This document shows, piece after piece, positions 20,514-31,464 of a stretch of DNA of 64,000 nucleotides (positions are counted from its first letter, which is position 1; each line of letters begins with the position of its first letter). Where the stretch lies: positions 106,777 to 170,776 of the forward strand of contig CAYGJH010000001.1 of NCBI GenBank assembly GCA_964350385.1. Reading direction: 5' to 3'. Position numbers and translations under genes: made by a program. Under the pieces are notes generated by a model. The model did not search any database, was not told the origin of the DNA, and saw only the letters and a program-made list of their open reading frames with translations. Source of the DNA: an uncultured Aquiluna sp. GTDB taxonomy: Bacteria; Actinomycetota; Actinomycetes; Actinomycetales; Microbacteriaceae.

Positions 20514-21416
20514 TTAGCTGTTTTTGTCCTCGGCAGAGTCTACTGCGAGAGGCTCGGTTGTGCCCTCAGTGGCAGGTTCTCTGCCGGGCATCCAGATGGA
20601 TGGTTCCAGGCCAGGGTGGCGGCGTGATTGAACCAAGAAAATCAAGATTCCTAAAGTCAAACCGATCAGCGCTGACCAGATGTTGACCCGTAAACCAAGA
20701 ATAATCTCACTGGGGTCAATTCGGATACTTTCAATCCAAACTCTTCCAGTTGAATAAACAATCAAATAAAGCGCAAAGACCTTCCCCCACTGAAGATTTA
20801 GCCTTGCCGCTAACAGGAGAATCAGGGCCGCACCGGTGAGGTTCCAGATCATCTCGTAGAGGAAAGTGGGGTGAAACAGAACCCCTTCTGGCAGTCCGTT
20901 CGGGTATGCAGGATTGCTGCTAGGAATCTCGAGACCCCATGGGAGCTCTGTCGGTAGACCAAAGAGCTCCTGGTTGAAATAGTTACCAAGGCGTCCTATG
21001 CCCTGGGCAATCAGGATTCCTGGTGCCACGGCATCCGCCACGGTCAAAAACCGAATCCCGAGCTGTCTGGCGCCGATGTATGCACCAATTGCGCCTATCG
21101 AGATTGCCCCGTAAATGGCAAGGCCGCCCTCCCAAATCCGCAGGGTAGCCAGTAAGTCCGCGCCTTCGTAAAAGTAGTCGTCTGGGTGGGTGATTACGTG
21201 GAAAAACCTGCCACCTAGGATGCCGAACGGAACAGCCCAGAGGGCGATGTCCAGCATGCTGCCCCGCTCTGCGCCGCGGCGGTGAAGCTTGAAATCAGCG
21301 AGAGTTGTCGCGATAACGATGCCGGTCAAAATAAAGAGCGCATAAAAGTGAATTCGCACAGGCCCAAGATCTATGTAGCTGATTTCAGGTGAAGGGATGC
21401 CGGTTAGAAAGTCCAC
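20514..21416 (-). CDS. lgt: Prolipoprotein diacylglyceryl transferase
   Basis: IWEGGLAIYGA, GRLGNYFNQELFG, HPTFLYE. Confidence 0.97.
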   Translation of the reverse strand: MDFLTGIPSPEISYIDLGPVRIHFYALFILTGIVIATTLADFKLHRRGAERGSMLDIALWAVPFGILGGRFFHVITHPDDYFYEGADLLATLRIWEGGLAIYGAISIGAIGAYIGARQLGIRFLTVADAVAPGILIAQGIGRLGNYFNQELFGLPTELPWGLEIPSSNPAYPNGLPEGVLFHPTFLYEMIWNLTGAALILLLAARLNLQWGKVFALYLIVYSTGRVWIESIRIDPSEIILGLRVNIWSALIGLTLGILIFLVQSRRHPGLEPSIWMPGREPATEGTTEPLAVDSAEDKNS

Positions 21417-21420
21417 CCAG

Positions 21421-22197
21421 CTATCCTAAACCGCTCGCTAGCTCGCGGGTCTTTTCAATCAATCCATCCAGCCCGGAGCTTTCATAGGCGGCAATCAGAG
21501 CAGTACCCACAATGGCTCCATCGGCGTACGTGTTCACGTCCCTTACCTGCGCACCTGTCGAAACTCCAACACCAACGCAGGTTGGGGCACTTCCAATTGA
21601 CCTAACTCTCCCTGCTACTTCCCTGGCTAGTTTGTCGACCTCGGCGCGCTCACCAGTGATTCCCATTGTCGAAACTGAGTAGACAAAGCCGCGAGAGGCT
21701 TGGGTGTTTGCACTAACTCTTTCGTCAGAGCTCGATGGAGCGACTAAAAATACTCTGTCTAGATCGTGCTTATCAGCAGACTCCAGCCACTTTGATGCCT
21801 CATCTGGAATGAGATCTGGAGTGATCATTCCTTGAGCGCCGGCCTGCTTGAGCTCATCGGCAAACTTTTCGACACCGTAGCGAAGCACGGGATTGTAGTA
21901 ACTCATTACGAGCATTGGTGTGTCGACCTGCTCACGAACACCGCGAATCACCTCAAACAACTGACCTAGCTTGAAGCCGTTCTCTAGAGCTTTTTCGGTC
22001 GCCTTCTGAATAACAAGACCGTCCATCACCGGATCGGAATAGGGAACCCCAACTTCAAGAATGTCGCAGCCGTTTTGTGCAAGGGCAACAAAGGCCTCTA
22101 TAGAGTCTTTTACAGTTGGGTAGCCGGCTGGGAAATAACCGACGAGGGTTCCCCTGCCGCTCTCCCTATTTGTCTCTAGGACACTCTGGACACTCAT
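21421..22197 (-). CDS. trpA: Tryptophan synthase alpha chain
   Basis: [30 protein letters not shown]. Confidence 0.97.
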   Translation of the reverse strand: MSVQSVLETNRESGRGTLVGYFPAGYPTVKDSIEAFVALAQNGCDILEVGVPYSDPVMDGLVIQKATEKALENGFKLGQLFEVIRGVREQVDTPMLVMSYYNPVLRYGVEKFADELKQAGAQGMITPDLIPDEASKWLESADKHDLDRVFLVAPSSSDERVSANTQASRGFVYSVSTMGITGERAEVDKLAREVAGRVRSIGSAPTCVGVGVSTGAQVRDVNTYADGAIVGTALIAAYESSGLDGLIEKTRELASGLG

Positions 22198-23396
22198 GCG
22201 CCGAGCAGTCCAAAGTAACGACCGGCTGTCTCCATGTCCTTGTCTCCCCTACCTGACAGATTTACAAGCACCGATGCCCCAGCAGGAAGGATTTTGGCAA
22301 GATGCGGAATGCCGGCTAGAGCGTGGGCTGTCTCGATTGCGGGGATGATTCCTTCGGTCTGGGACAATAGCTTCATTGCCTCCATCGCTTCACTGTCGGT
22401 TACCCCGTGATACTGGGCTCTACCAAGATCCTTTAGCCAGGAGTGCTCTGGACCCACACCTGGATAGTCGAGACCAGCCGAGATCGAGTGCGACTCTGAG
22501 GTCTGACCATCTTCGTCCTGCAGCATGTAACTCATGGCTCCGTGAAGCACCCCTGGGACCCCCCTGCTCAAGGTAGCTGCGTGCATGGGCGTATCAATCC
22601 CGTCACCTGCGGCCTCAAAACCCCAAAGCTGAACGCCTGGGTCGTCCAGAAAAGCGTGGAAAATACCAATGGCATTCGAACCACCGCCAACACATGCTGC
22701 AACCGCAGCTGGTAGCTCACCTGTGAGCTCCAGCATCTGCTCCTTGGATTCCTTGCCGATAATGCTGTGAAAGTCACGAACCATAGTCGGGAACGGGTGG
22801 GGACCTGCGACAGTGCCGAGTAAGTAGTGTGTGCTCTCTACGTTTGCAACCCAATCTCTGAGCGCTTCATTGATTGCATCCTTGAGGGTACGCGAACCGG
22901 TCTTTACCGCCACGACCTCAGCACCGAGAAGTTTCATGCGGGCAACATTCAGGGCCTGACGCTCGGTATCTACCTCGCCCATATAGACGACGCAGTCGAG
23001 TCCGAAGTAAGCGGCGGCGGTGGCAGAGGCAACTCCGTGCTGTCCAGCACCAGTCTCGGCGATGATGCGTTTTTTGCCCATTCGCTTGGCAAGCAGTGCC
23101 TGACCCATCACGTTATTTATCTTGTGACTTCCGGTATGGTTCAGGTCTTCCCGCTTTAGGAATACTCGAAGCCCTCCCGTGACTGCGGCAAAGCGCTGGG
23201 CCTCGGTAATTATCGAGGGCCTACCGGTGTAGGTGCGATGAAGCTCCGCCAGTTCCTCTTGGAATGTGGGGTCCTTGCGGGCTGCTTCATAGACCTGGGA
23301 GAGCTGATCTAGTGCTGCGATAAGCGGTTCGGGCACAAAACGGCCACCGTACTGGCCAAAGTACGGGCCAACCTGCTCACCTAGCTTTTGGGACAT
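22194..23396 (-). CDS. trpB: Tryptophan synthase beta chain
   Basis: [36 protein letters not shown]. Confidence 0.99.
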   Translation of the reverse strand: MSQKLGEQVGPYFGQYGGRFVPEPLIAALDQLSQVYEAARKDPTFQEELAELHRTYTGRPSIITEAQRFAAVTGGLRVFLKREDLNHTGSHKINNVMGQALLAKRMGKKRIIAETGAGQHGVASATAAAYFGLDCVVYMGEVDTERQALNVARMKLLGAEVVAVKTGSRTLKDAINEALRDWVANVESTHYLLGTVAGPHPFPTMVRDFHSIIGKESKEQMLELTGELPAAVAACVGGGSNAIGIFHAFLDDPGVQLWGFEAAGDGIDTPMHAATLSRGVPGVLHGAMSYMLQDEDGQTSESHSISAGLDYPGVGPEHSWLKDLGRAQYHGVTDSEAMEAMKLLSQTEGIIPAIETAHALAGIPHLAKILPAGASVLVNLSGRGDKDMETAGRYFGLLGA

Positions 23397-23405
23397 GCGT
23401 AAATC

Positions 23406-24179
23406 CTAAGAGACCGAAGTGAATTCGGGTATCAGAGTGGCCCAATCTCCGCTTACCAAAGCCTCTCCCACGAGAACACAATCAGCCCCAGCGCTCCGAT
23501 AGCGCTCAACGTCTGCCAGTTCTTTGACCGAAGACTCCGCAATCTTGACGCAGCCACTGGGAAGCTTGGCGGCTAGTTGTTCAAACAGCCCTATGTCGGT
23601 CTTGAAAGTCTCGAGATCTCTAGTGTTGATGCCTATCAGCCTGGCGCCATAATCTGCGGCAATGTCTATCTCAGTGACACTGTGGGTCTCAACCAGAGCT
23701 TCTAGGCCTATGGACTTGGAGAAATCGTAGAGCCTTTGAAACTCCGCCTGAGAGAGCTGAGCCAAGATTAAGAGCACCATCGATGCCCCTGCGGCTTTGG
23801 CCTCAAGGATCTGGTATTCGTTAGAGATGAAGTCTTTTCGGAGTGTAGGTATGGAAACTGCTTGGCTCACTTCTTGCAAATCAGATAGTTTTCCACCAAA
23901 CCCCGACTCCTCAGTGAGCACGGAGATTGCATGAGCTCCTGCGGCTTCGTATCCAGCGCCTAAGGCCTTTGCATCTGGAATTTCGGCGAGGAAGCCTCGG
24001 GATGGGCTACGCCGCTTGATTTCGGCGATCAGTTTGATGTGCTGCGCTGGCTGAAGCGCTGCATAGGCATCGGGGGCAGCGGAAACGACCGCACACTTTT
24101 CCTCAAGCAGCTCGCGCGAGAGCTGAGCCTGACGAGCATCGGATGCCTTCAAACTGGCATCAAAAAGTCCTTGCAGCAC
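23406..24179 (-). CDS. trpC: Indole-3-glycerol phosphate synthase
   Basis: IAEIKRRSPSRG, ISVLTE, LRKDFI; start moved to GTG 24179, overlapping the upstream TAG. Confidence 0.95.
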   Translation of the reverse strand: MLQGLFDASLKASDARQAQLSRELLEEKCAVVSAAPDAYAALQPAQHIKLIAEIKRRSPSRGFLAEIPDAKALGAGYEAAGAHAISVLTEESGFGGKLSDLQEVSQAVSIPTLRKDFISNEYQILEAKAAGASMVLLILAQLSQAEFQRLYDFSKSIGLEALVETHSVTEIDIAADYGARLIGINTRDLETFKTDIGLFEQLAAKLPSGCVKIAESSVKELADVERYRSAGADCVLVGEALVSGDWATLIPEFTSVS

Positions 24180-24400
24180 TAGTGCGAGGAGCTCTTGGAG
24201 CCACCGACTCCATAGCCCGCCTGCTTCAGAAAGTAACCCACAACTGGGGCGGCTAGCGCGAGGCCGGCTGACAGCCAAACCACCAGCGCGTTGTCAAACC
24301 AGAAAAAGAGTGTCCCGATAGCAAAGGCTAGTGTGACAAGCCCCACCGTCACCCAGGCGGCAAGTGAGTTTCCGTGACCAGGTTCTTCGTTCTGTGACAT
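24179..24400 (-). CDS. Small membrane protein, HGxxPAAW (DUF6704-like) family
   Basis: PGHGNSLAAW motif followed by two hydrophobic helices; typical position before trpC; ATG 24400 with GAGGA SD. Confidence 0.8.
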   Translation of the reverse strand: MSQNEEPGHGNSLAAWVTVGLVTLAFAIGTLFFWFDNALVVWLSAGLALAAPVVGYFLKQAGYGVGGSKSSSH

Positions 24401-24433
24401 CTTTTCCTCTCGACTTACAGCCAATGATAACAA

Positions 24434-24910
24434 TTACTCAGACTGCTCGTCCCAAAGGTCTCTAGCATCTGGCTCCTGATTCTCAGTTTCCACTGAACGA
24501 CCACCGGGCTTCACAAAAATCAAGAGGGCCGCCGCCAGTGCAAGTGCGAGACCGCAGAGACCAAAGACGTAAATAACGGGCGACATTTCGAGAGCAACCG
24601 CTCCGCCACCTGCGATGCCAGAAACCTGTTCTCTTGCCTCAATTACCGCAGGTGAACTGGCGAGATCTCCTAGTAGCGCAATTGCTGAAGTGGCTGCTAT
24701 GGCCAGCGAACCTAGTGCAACTAACAGCCGAGGCATTTTTCGATATAGGGACATCAAGAGTGCAAGCGCAGCTACTGCGGGTAGAAGGGCCATCGTCTGA
24801 TTTAGGTCGGCCCCAATGATGCCGCTGCTATCAACAGCCACCCATTCGACCAGCAGGAGAGACCACCATGCTCCAACGAGGAGGAGCAGAACCAAAACCG
24901 CCCTAGTCAT
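24434..24910 (-). CDS. Trp biosynthesis-associated membrane protein
   Basis: Multi-TM protein ending D.RDLWDEQS, directly after trpE; start moved to MTRAVLV. Confidence 0.75.
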   Translation of the reverse strand: MTRAVLVLLLLVGAWWSLLLVEWVAVDSSGIIGADLNQTMALLPAVAALALLMSLYRKMPRLLVALGSLAIAATSAIALLGDLASSPAVIEAREQVSGIAGGGAVALEMSPVIYVFGLCGLALALAAALLIFVKPGGRSVETENQEPDARDLWDEQSE

Positions 24911-26387
24911 GATGCATAGCGTTCGCGGCGGCAACAGCTCTGAGAACCACGGCTGCCTTGGCCTCGGTTTCGGCATGCTCGCTTTCGGGAACTGAGTCAA
25001 GCACGATGCCAGCACCAGCCTGAATGTGAGCAACTCCATCTCTAATCAATGCAGTCCGAATTGCTATTGCGAGGTCCGAGTTGCCCTCAAAGTCGAAGTA
25101 GCCGACCACTCCCCCGAACAGGCCTCTATAGCTGGGCTCAAGGTCGTGGATTATCTCAAGGGCTCGAGGTTTAGGTGCTCCGGAGAGCGTTCCGGCGGGG
25201 AACGTAGCCAGCATGGCATCAACTGCTGTGACACCATCGCGCAGCTGCCCCTCAACTGTCGAAACGAGGTGCATGATGTGGCTAAATCGGTGTACCTCCA
25301 TGAACTCGGTGACCTCAAGGCTTGATGGGTCACAAATCTTGAGCAGATCATTGCGCGCCAAGTCAACGAGCATTAGGTGCTCGCTACGCTCCTTGTTGTC
25401 ACTGCTCAGCTCTAACGCGAGGGCCATGTCCGAAGACGAGGTCTCTCCCCTAGGTCTTGACCCGGCAATCGGGTGGGTTACCGCTCTACCCCCACTTACC
25501 TTCACGAGTGCCTCCGGCGATGATCCGGCAATTGCGAAGTTGCCCGAGGTGTCACTCCACCTTGTGAGGTACATATATGGCGACGGGTTCGTAGCTCTGA
25601 GCGCCCTGTAAACATCTAGGGCGTCAGCGTCAAGCTTTGAGTCAAACCGTTGCGAGATGACTACCTGGAAAACATCGCCTAGACGCACGTGCTCCTTCGC
25701 CCTATCGACCTTGTCGAGAAAGTCCTGCTTCGAAGTATTGGCGACAAATTTAGGCTCGGGCCATTTTGGCGAGGTGAACTTGGACGCCGATGGGGTCTCG
25801 ATGACCTCTTGCATTGAATCTATCGATGCGAGTGCCGCTTCGTACTTTGACTCCAGTGAGCCATCGCTGTCCAGGAAAATTACGTGTACCAGGAGCATCT
25901 CCGCCTTTGAATGATCCAGTACAACAAGATCGGAGAATTGATTGAAACCATAGAGCGGGAGCTCGTAGTCCGCATTCTTTGGCGCTGGAAGCCTTTCAAT
26001 GAGATTCACCGCACCCCAACTCACAAAGCCAACGAGACCTGAGCTCAATGGAAAATCAACTGGTGCAGATTGCCAGCTGCTCTGGAGCTGCTTTAGGGCC
26101 TCGATCGGCTCTGCGGATAGCTCCCCCGACGGCAGCGCACTGAATTCGGAGTTCCAGGTGGCTTGATTCTCATCCGCGGTCAGCGTTCCGCGGCTTGCCA
26201 CGCCAATAAATGAGTAACGTCCCCAGACTCCCTGTTCTGCCGACTCAAGCAGAAACGTGTCCTCACGCTCACCACAAAGCTTTTGGTAGAGCCCGATTGG
26301 CGTCTCAATTCCATTAAAGAGCTTCTTCACGACCGGAATTACGTTGTAGGTAGTGGCCAATCCCTTGACCTCATCGAGGGAGATCAC
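24903..26387 (-). CDS. trpE: Anthranilate synthase component I
   Basis: FLLESAE...GRYSF, NPSPYMY, EHLMLVDLARND, FPAGTLSGAPK. Confidence 0.97.
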   Translation of the reverse strand: MISLDEVKGLATTYNVIPVVKKLFNGIETPIGLYQKLCGEREDTFLLESAEQGVWGRYSFIGVASRGTLTADENQATWNSEFSALPSGELSAEPIEALKQLQSSWQSAPVDFPLSSGLVGFVSWGAVNLIERLPAPKNADYELPLYGFNQFSDLVVLDHSKAEMLLVHVIFLDSDGSLESKYEAALASIDSMQEVIETPSASKFTSPKWPEPKFVANTSKQDFLDKVDRAKEHVRLGDVFQVVISQRFDSKLDADALDVYRALRATNPSPYMYLTRWSDTSGNFAIAGSSPEALVKVSGGRAVTHPIAGSRPRGETSSSDMALALELSSDNKERSEHLMLVDLARNDLLKICDPSSLEVTEFMEVHRFSHIMHLVSTVEGQLRDGVTAVDAMLATFPAGTLSGAPKPRALEIIHDLEPSYRGLFGGVVGYFDFEGNSDLAIAIRTALIRDGVAHIQAGAGIVLDSVPESEHAETEAKAAVVLRAVAAANAMHHD

Positions 26388-26701
26388 GATTGCGCCTCAA
26401 AGCACGAAGTGGTTCCAAGGTGACAGGTGGGCCCATCAGGGTGAACTTTCGCAACCAGGGCATCCTTATCGCAGTCCATCGAGAGTGAACTTACGTGCAG
26501 GAAGTTTCCGCTGGTCTCCCCCTTGAGCCAACGCTGTGCTCGGGAGCGTGAGTAAAAGACCATGCGGCCCGATTCAATTGTTTCCAAAAGGGTTTCCTGG
26601 TTGGCATAGCCGAGCATTAGGACGTCCTTGGTTGAGTCGTCCTGCACGACAACAGGGATTAGCCCATTCGAGTCATAGGTCAAGACTGTTGGATCGATCA
26701 A
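26384..26701 (-). CDS. hisI: Phosphoribosyl-AMP cyclohydrolase
   Basis: [31 protein letters not shown]. Confidence 0.97.
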   Translation of the reverse strand: MIDPTVLTYDSNGLIPVVVQDDSTKDVLMLGYANQETLLETIESGRMVFYSRSRAQRWLKGETSGNFLHVSSLSMDCDKDALVAKVHPDGPTCHLGTTSCFEAQS

Positions 26702-27456
26702 AGTCTCACCTCAACATTCGCCTTATTTAGAGCCTTCTTTACCTCACCAATACTAATTTCACCCTCATGGAAGACGCTGGCGGCCAAGACTGCATCAGCT
26801 CCTGCTGCAGCTGCCTCAACAAAGTCTTCGACTTTACCCGCTCCACCCGATGCGATCACTGGAAGCGACGAATGCGCCTTGACTAGCTCAACTAGCTCGA
26901 TGTCAAAGCCAGATTTGGTTCCATCGGCATCTATCGAGTTCACCAGGAGCTCTCCAGCACCGAGTTCCTCGACTTGACGTATCCATTGGAGCGCGTCTAG
27001 GTCGGTGAGGTTTTTGCCACCGTGGCTTGTTACGCCGAAGCCGCTTGGCCTGGCAGCTCTTTTGAGATCGAGGGAGATCACTAGAACCTGGGAGCCGTGC
27101 TCACGGACTATCTCCTCCAGCAAACCAGGATTGGCAATTCCAGCGCTACCGACAGAAACCTTGTCAGCGCCAGCGGCAAGTAGCGACGTAACATCAGCGA
27201 GCGATGAGATGCCTCCACCAACAGTGAGCGGGATAAATACCTGCTCCGCACATTTTGTAACAACATCCAGCATGGTCTTGCGATTCTCAACGGAGGCGTG
27301 GACATCTAGGAATGTGACCTCGTCGGCACCTTCCTGGTAGTAACGAGAAGCCAGCTCGACTGGGTCGCCGATGTCTCGCAGTCCTTGAAAATTTATGCCT
27401 TTCACCACTCTGCCAGCGGCAACATCAAGGCATGGAATTATTCGGACAGCCGGCAC
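26698..27456 (-). CDS. hisF: Imidazole glycerol phosphate synthase cyclase subunit
   Basis: [32 protein letters not shown]. Confidence 0.98.
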   Translation of the reverse strand: MPAVRIIPCLDVAAGRVVKGINFQGLRDIGDPVELASRYYQEGADEVTFLDVHASVENRKTMLDVVTKCAEQVFIPLTVGGGISSLADVTSLLAAGADKVSVGSAGIANPGLLEEIVREHGSQVLVISLDLKRAARPSGFGVTSHGGKNLTDLDALQWIRQVEELGAGELLVNSIDADGTKSGFDIELVELVKAHSSLPVIASGGAGKVEDFVEAAAAGADAVLAASVFHEGEISIGEVKKALNKANVEVRL

Positions 27457-28298
27457 TAGATTCTCGCGGCGTGAATCGCGCTTACCAAGATTGCCCTTGC
27501 GCCAATGTCGTGCAGCTCATCCATAATCTGGTTGGTCTCTGCTGCTTTCACAAGTGCGCGAATTGCAACCCAATTCTCATCCGCTAGCGGTGAAATCGTC
27601 GGAGACTCAATACCCGGAGTGATTGCCGACGCCTTTTCAACGAGGGACCTCGGGCAGTCATAGTCCATGATGACGTACTCTCTGGCGACCAGAACACCTC
27701 TTAGTCTTCGGAGCAACTTGGCTGACTCCTCCGCCTTTCCGGGAGCGGAGATGAGCCTTGCGGTGGATGAGAGTATTTCCGGACCAAAAACGCTAAGACC
27801 TGCCTTGCGGAGGGTGTTTCCGGTCGAAACAACATCGGCAACCGCATCGGCGACACCAAGCCTCACCGCAGATTCAACGGCACCATCAAGCGAGACAACC
27901 TGGCACTCGATTCCACTCTTGGCAAGGTAGTCACTGATGAGCTTTGGGTAGGCAGTTGCCAGCCTCTTGCCACTTAGGTCCCTAGGCTCTTTGAACCCCG
28001 AGCCTGGCTCTGCTGCAAACCTAAACGTCGAAGCTCCAAAACCTAGGTCTGCGACCTCCTCCGCCTCAGAGCCGGAGTCCAGCAAGAGATCAAGGCCCGT
28101 GATTCCAACATCTAGTGAGCCGCTACCGACGTAGGTAGCGATGTCTCTAGGCCTGAGGTAGAAAAACTCGACGTTATTTGCCTCGTCCACCAGGTGAAGC
28201 TCTGAGGGCTCCCTCCTGGTTGCATAACCAGCCTCTTTGAGCATCGAGATAGCGCTGTCAGAGAGGATGCCCTTGTTAGGAATGGCGACCCGTAACAC
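27456..28298 (-). CDS. hisG: ATP phosphoribosyltransferase (long form)
   Basis: [29 protein letters not shown]-terminal regulatory domain. Confidence 0.97.
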   Translation of the reverse strand: MLRVAIPNKGILSDSAISMLKEAGYATRREPSELHLVDEANNVEFFYLRPRDIATYVGSGSLDVGITGLDLLLDSGSEAEEVADLGFGASTFRFAAEPGSGFKEPRDLSGKRLATAYPKLISDYLAKSGIECQVVSLDGAVESAVRLGVADAVADVVSTGNTLRKAGLSVFGPEILSSTARLISAPGKAEESAKLLRRLRGVLVAREYVIMDYDCPRSLVEKASAITPGIESPTISPLADENWVAIRALVKAAETNQIMDELHDIGARAILVSAIHAARI

Positions 28299-28561
28299 TA
28301 GAGAACCTTCTCTATCTCTTCGAGCTTGACGCCTTTGGCTATCAGCAAAAGCTGCAGGTGATAGATAAGTTGAGATGCCTCAAGGGCCAAATCCTTGTCG
28401 GTCTGGTACTCGGCAGCCATCCAGACTTCCGCTGCCTCTTCGACTACCTTTTTGCCGATTGCATGAATGCCAGAGTCCAATAGCGCTGCGGAGTTGCTTC
28501 CCTCGGGACGATCGATTGCTATCTGGCTGAGCTCGGCAAAGAGCTGGTCAAAGGATTTCAT
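28298..28561 (-). CDS. hisE: Phosphoribosyl-ATP pyrophosphatase
   Basis: [35 protein letters not shown]. Confidence 0.96.
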   Translation of the reverse strand: MKSFDQLFAELSQIAIDRPEGSNSAALLDSGIHAIGKKVVEEAAEVWMAAEYQTDKDLALEASQLIYHLQLLLIAKGVKLEEIEKVL

Positions 28562-28571
28562 GCCCTCTAGA

Positions 28572-29231
28572 TTACTGATTGAGCCCCGCTGCCGCCGATT
28601 TTCTCAGCTCAAGGATCTGCTGGGCGTGGTCAGCAGATCCGAAAACGGAGCTTCCAGCCACAAAGGTGTCGGCTCCAAGCGCTGCTAGCTCAGCAATGTT
28701 TTCTTGCGTGACACCGCCGTCAACCTGGAGTGCGATTTCAAACTTTGAGCCCGAAATAAGTGCGCGAGCTTCAGCCACCTTCGGCATCGTTTCGGCAATC
28801 AGCTTCTGACCCCCGAAACCCGGCTCGACGGTCATCACCAAAAGCATGTCAATCTCTTCTAGAAGGCCGTTGAGGTAGCTCACGGGTGTGTTTGGCTTGA
28901 TGGCAATTGCAGCCCTGACGCCCATCTCTCTCAGTTTTCGGCAGGTGCTAACAGGATCATTAGATGCTTCGATGTGAAAGGTGACGGAGTGGGGACCTAG
29001 CTCTGCGTACTTGGCGGCCTCGGTGTCGACATTTTCAATCATGAGGTGGATGTCTGTTGGGATTGGTGAGAGCTCAATCATGCGCTCCACGACTGGAATC
29101 CCAAAGGTGAGATTTGGCACAAAGTGGTTGTCCATCACATCAAGGTGCGCAGCATCAGCAGTCGCGATGGAAGCGAGCTCGGACTCTATGTTGCCAAAGT
29201 CTGCCGATAGCAGAGAGGGATGGATGTGCAC
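28572..29231 (-). CDS. rpe: Ribulose-phosphate 3-epimerase
   Basis: [37 protein letters not shown]. Confidence 0.98.
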   Translation of the reverse strand: MHIHPSLLSADFGNIESELASIATADAAHLDVMDNHFVPNLTFGIPVVERMIELSPIPTDIHLMIENVDTEAAKYAELGPHSVTFHIEASNDPVSTCRKLREMGVRAAIAIKPNTPVSYLNGLLEEIDMLLVMTVEPGFGGQKLIAETMPKVAEARALISGSKFEIALQVDGGVTQENIAELAALGADTFVAGSSVFGSADHAQQILELRKSAAAGLNQ

Positions 29232-29240
29232 GCTAACAGC

Positions 29241-30557
29241 CTATTTCTTTCTCAGTGCAGCCATAAACATGGCGTCGGTTCCATGCAGGTGTGTCCAAAG
29301 CTGAATCGTCTTGCGAGAGTCATTTAGTTGGAGATCAGGTGAGATCGCTTTCATTACCGGCTTCAGATCAACAAGTTCAAGGTCCTGATGCTTAGCCAGT
29401 ATGTCCTGGATGGGTGTGATGGTTTCCTCTATTAGTGGTGAACATGTGGCATACACGAGGACACCTCCCGATTTGAGCGCGGCATGGGAAGCCTCAAGGA
29501 GTTCTCTTTGGACTGAGGCAAGGGAGGAGAGCTGGGCCTGCTTCTTTCGGTGTCTGGATTCTGGTTTGCGCCTAACCGACCCCAGCCCAGAGCAGGGAGC
29601 ATCGAGCAAAATCGTGTCGTAGGCGTTTTCTTCTGCCTTTTGACCTGGAGCGACAATCACCCTGCCAATCGGGTTTGTTCCCAGTGCCTCTCGAACGAGC
29701 TCTGCCCGATGCTCCTGTGGCTCCATGCAGTCGAGTGCGCCACCTGATGGCCTGATGCGACCTTGAAGTATCGCTGACTTGCCACCGGGTCCGCTGCACA
29801 TATCAAGCGTCTTTCCACCCAGGTTCGCAAGCTCGGCCGTCAATAGAGCAACCAGCTGCGACCCGAGGTCCTGAACCCTGATGTTGCCAAGACTTAGGTA
29901 AGGCTCAGGGTTACCCTCTACCCGAAACCCGATTGGGGATTGAGTAGTTGCTTCCAAGCCTTGCGCGATAAGCGCCACTACAGCCTGCCCATCGGAGGCT
30001 GCCAGAAACGTCTCAGGCGTCTCATTGTTAGCGGTCAGAAGTTGGGCAAGCTCGCCCTCACGACCGTCTATGCGCAGTGATTCACGAAGAGAGTCGATGA
30101 CCCACGCTGGATGCGAGTGCAGGATTTCGAGGCTTCTGGATTCAGTAAGTCCTTGTGTGAGTTGGGATAGCAACCGCTCCAGGCCCTCACGCTCCGCGTT
30201 TCTCAGCACCGCGTTCACTAACCCCGCCGCACGCGGTTCAATCTGTTTGGCGAGATTGACCGTTTCGTTTATGGCCGCATGGGCAGGAATCCTCATACGA
30301 AAGAGCTGGTGCAGACCCAGCTGAAGCGCTCCTCTGATTGGCTGCGACAGCTCTTTGCCCTTTGTGAAGTGATCTATCACTGCGTCATACTGCAGCTGCC
30401 ACCGAAGGGCTCCGTAGCTCAACTCCTGAATAAGCCCTCGCTCAGAGTCGGCAACATTGTGGCGAGCCAGCGTCTTAGGAAGAAGCAGATTTATGTAGGC
30501 GTCGGTATCGTGCACGCGCATCAGCAGTTCGTGAGCAATCTGCCTAGAGTCAGTCAA
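29241..30557 (-). CDS. rsmB: 16S rRNA m5C methyltransferase RsmB/Fmu (NusB-like plus SAM-MTase domains)
   Basis: LDMCSGPGGK, LLDAPCSGLG, VYATCS; located after fmt. Confidence 0.9.
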   Translation of the reverse strand: MTDSRQIAHELLMRVHDTDAYINLLLPKTLARHNVADSERGLIQELSYGALRWQLQYDAVIDHFTKGKELSQPIRGALQLGLHQLFRMRIPAHAAINETVNLAKQIEPRAAGLVNAVLRNAEREGLERLLSQLTQGLTESRSLEILHSHPAWVIDSLRESLRIDGREGELAQLLTANNETPETFLAASDGQAVVALIAQGLEATTQSPIGFRVEGNPEPYLSLGNIRVQDLGSQLVALLTAELANLGGKTLDMCSGPGGKSAILQGRIRPSGGALDCMEPQEHRAELVREALGTNPIGRVIVAPGQKAEENAYDTILLDAPCSGLGSVRRKPESRHRKKQAQLSSLASVQRELLEASHAALKSGGVLVYATCSPLIEETITPIQDILAKHQDLELVDLKPVMKAISPDLQLNDSRKTIQLWTHLHGTDAMFMAALRKK

Positions 30558-31464
30558 GGACTACGCTCCCCTGGAGGCCGCGATACCACTCAATGCCACT
30601 CATGACACGCTTGCCTCCTGGCTGCACTTCAGACAATTGCAGTCTTGTTCCAGATCCGCAGGTAACCAATACCTTCTCGCCAGAAAGTTCAACACTCCCA
30701 ATCGGGTTATCTGCCTTTTCTAGTGCTGACCAGTCAACACTTCCCACGGCGGTTGCCCTCAAGATGCGAATGGGCTCTCCACGGAACTGGGCCCATGCCA
30801 TTGGTTCTGGGTTGAGTGCCATGACCTTGCGAGCAATTAGTTCGGCCGTTTCAGAGAGGGACAGTCTTGCATCGGCCCTGGTGAGCTTCGGTGCATAGGT
30901 AGCCTCTCCCTCTTGCGGCCTTGGCTGTGGTTTCTCGCGCATGAGCTCGCAAATTAGCTCAGCACCCTTTTCAGCGAGCTCTGGCAGCAGATCAAAGGCT
31001 GAAGAGTCAGCTGAATACGTAATTGGTACTGAGCCGACGATCTCGCCAGTGTCCATACCAGCATCAAGTTTGAAGACGGTTAGTCCTTGGCCCTGCCCGT
31101 GCCATATTGAGTGCTGGAGAGGGGTCGCGCCACGCCACTGCGGCAACAGACTGAAGTGCAGGTTCCACCAATCAAGTTGCTCCAACACCTTTGGTCCGAG
31201 CAGTGCTCCGTAGGCAACCACGATGCCTATTTCTGCATCCGCTTGGGCAATTAGGGCTAACTCATCCGAACCGATCTTGTCTGCTTTCAGGACTTGAAGC
31301 CCAAGGCCCTTTGCTTTCAATGCCACAGGTGACGGGGTCAGCAGCTTCTTTCGGCCAATTGGTGCATCAGGTCTTGTGATCACGAGTGCCACATCATGTT
31401 CTCTATGCAGTCGCTCTAGGGCAATCGCAGCAACCTCTGGGGTGCCCGCAAACACAATTTTCAT
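30550..31464 (-). CDS. fmt: Methionyl-tRNA formyltransferase
   Basis: IVFAGTPEVA, NLHFSLLPQWRGATP, LDAGMDTG. Confidence 0.97.
   Translation of the reverse strand: MKIVFAGTPEVAAIALERLHREHDVALVITRPDAPIGRKKLLTPSPVALKAKGLGLQVLKADKIGSDELALIAQADAEIGIVVAYGALLGPKVLEQLDWWNLHFSLLPQWRGATPLQHSIWHGQGQGLTVFKLDAGMDTGEIVGSVPITYSADSSAFDLLPELAEKGAELICELMREKPQPRPQEGEATYAPKLTRADARLSLSETAELIARKVMALNPEPMAWAQFRGEPIRILRATAVGSVDWSALEKADNPIGSVELSGEKVLVTCGSGTRLQLSEVQPGGKRVMSGIEWYRGLQGSVVLD

Noticed and set aside
24180-25039. Long N-terminal extensions of TrpC and the Trp-associated membrane protein (similar cases for GltD, MltG, PdtaR and the cyclophilin)
   Set aside because: These are longest-ORF artefacts that overlap neighbouring genes or promoters; downstream starts match family N-termini
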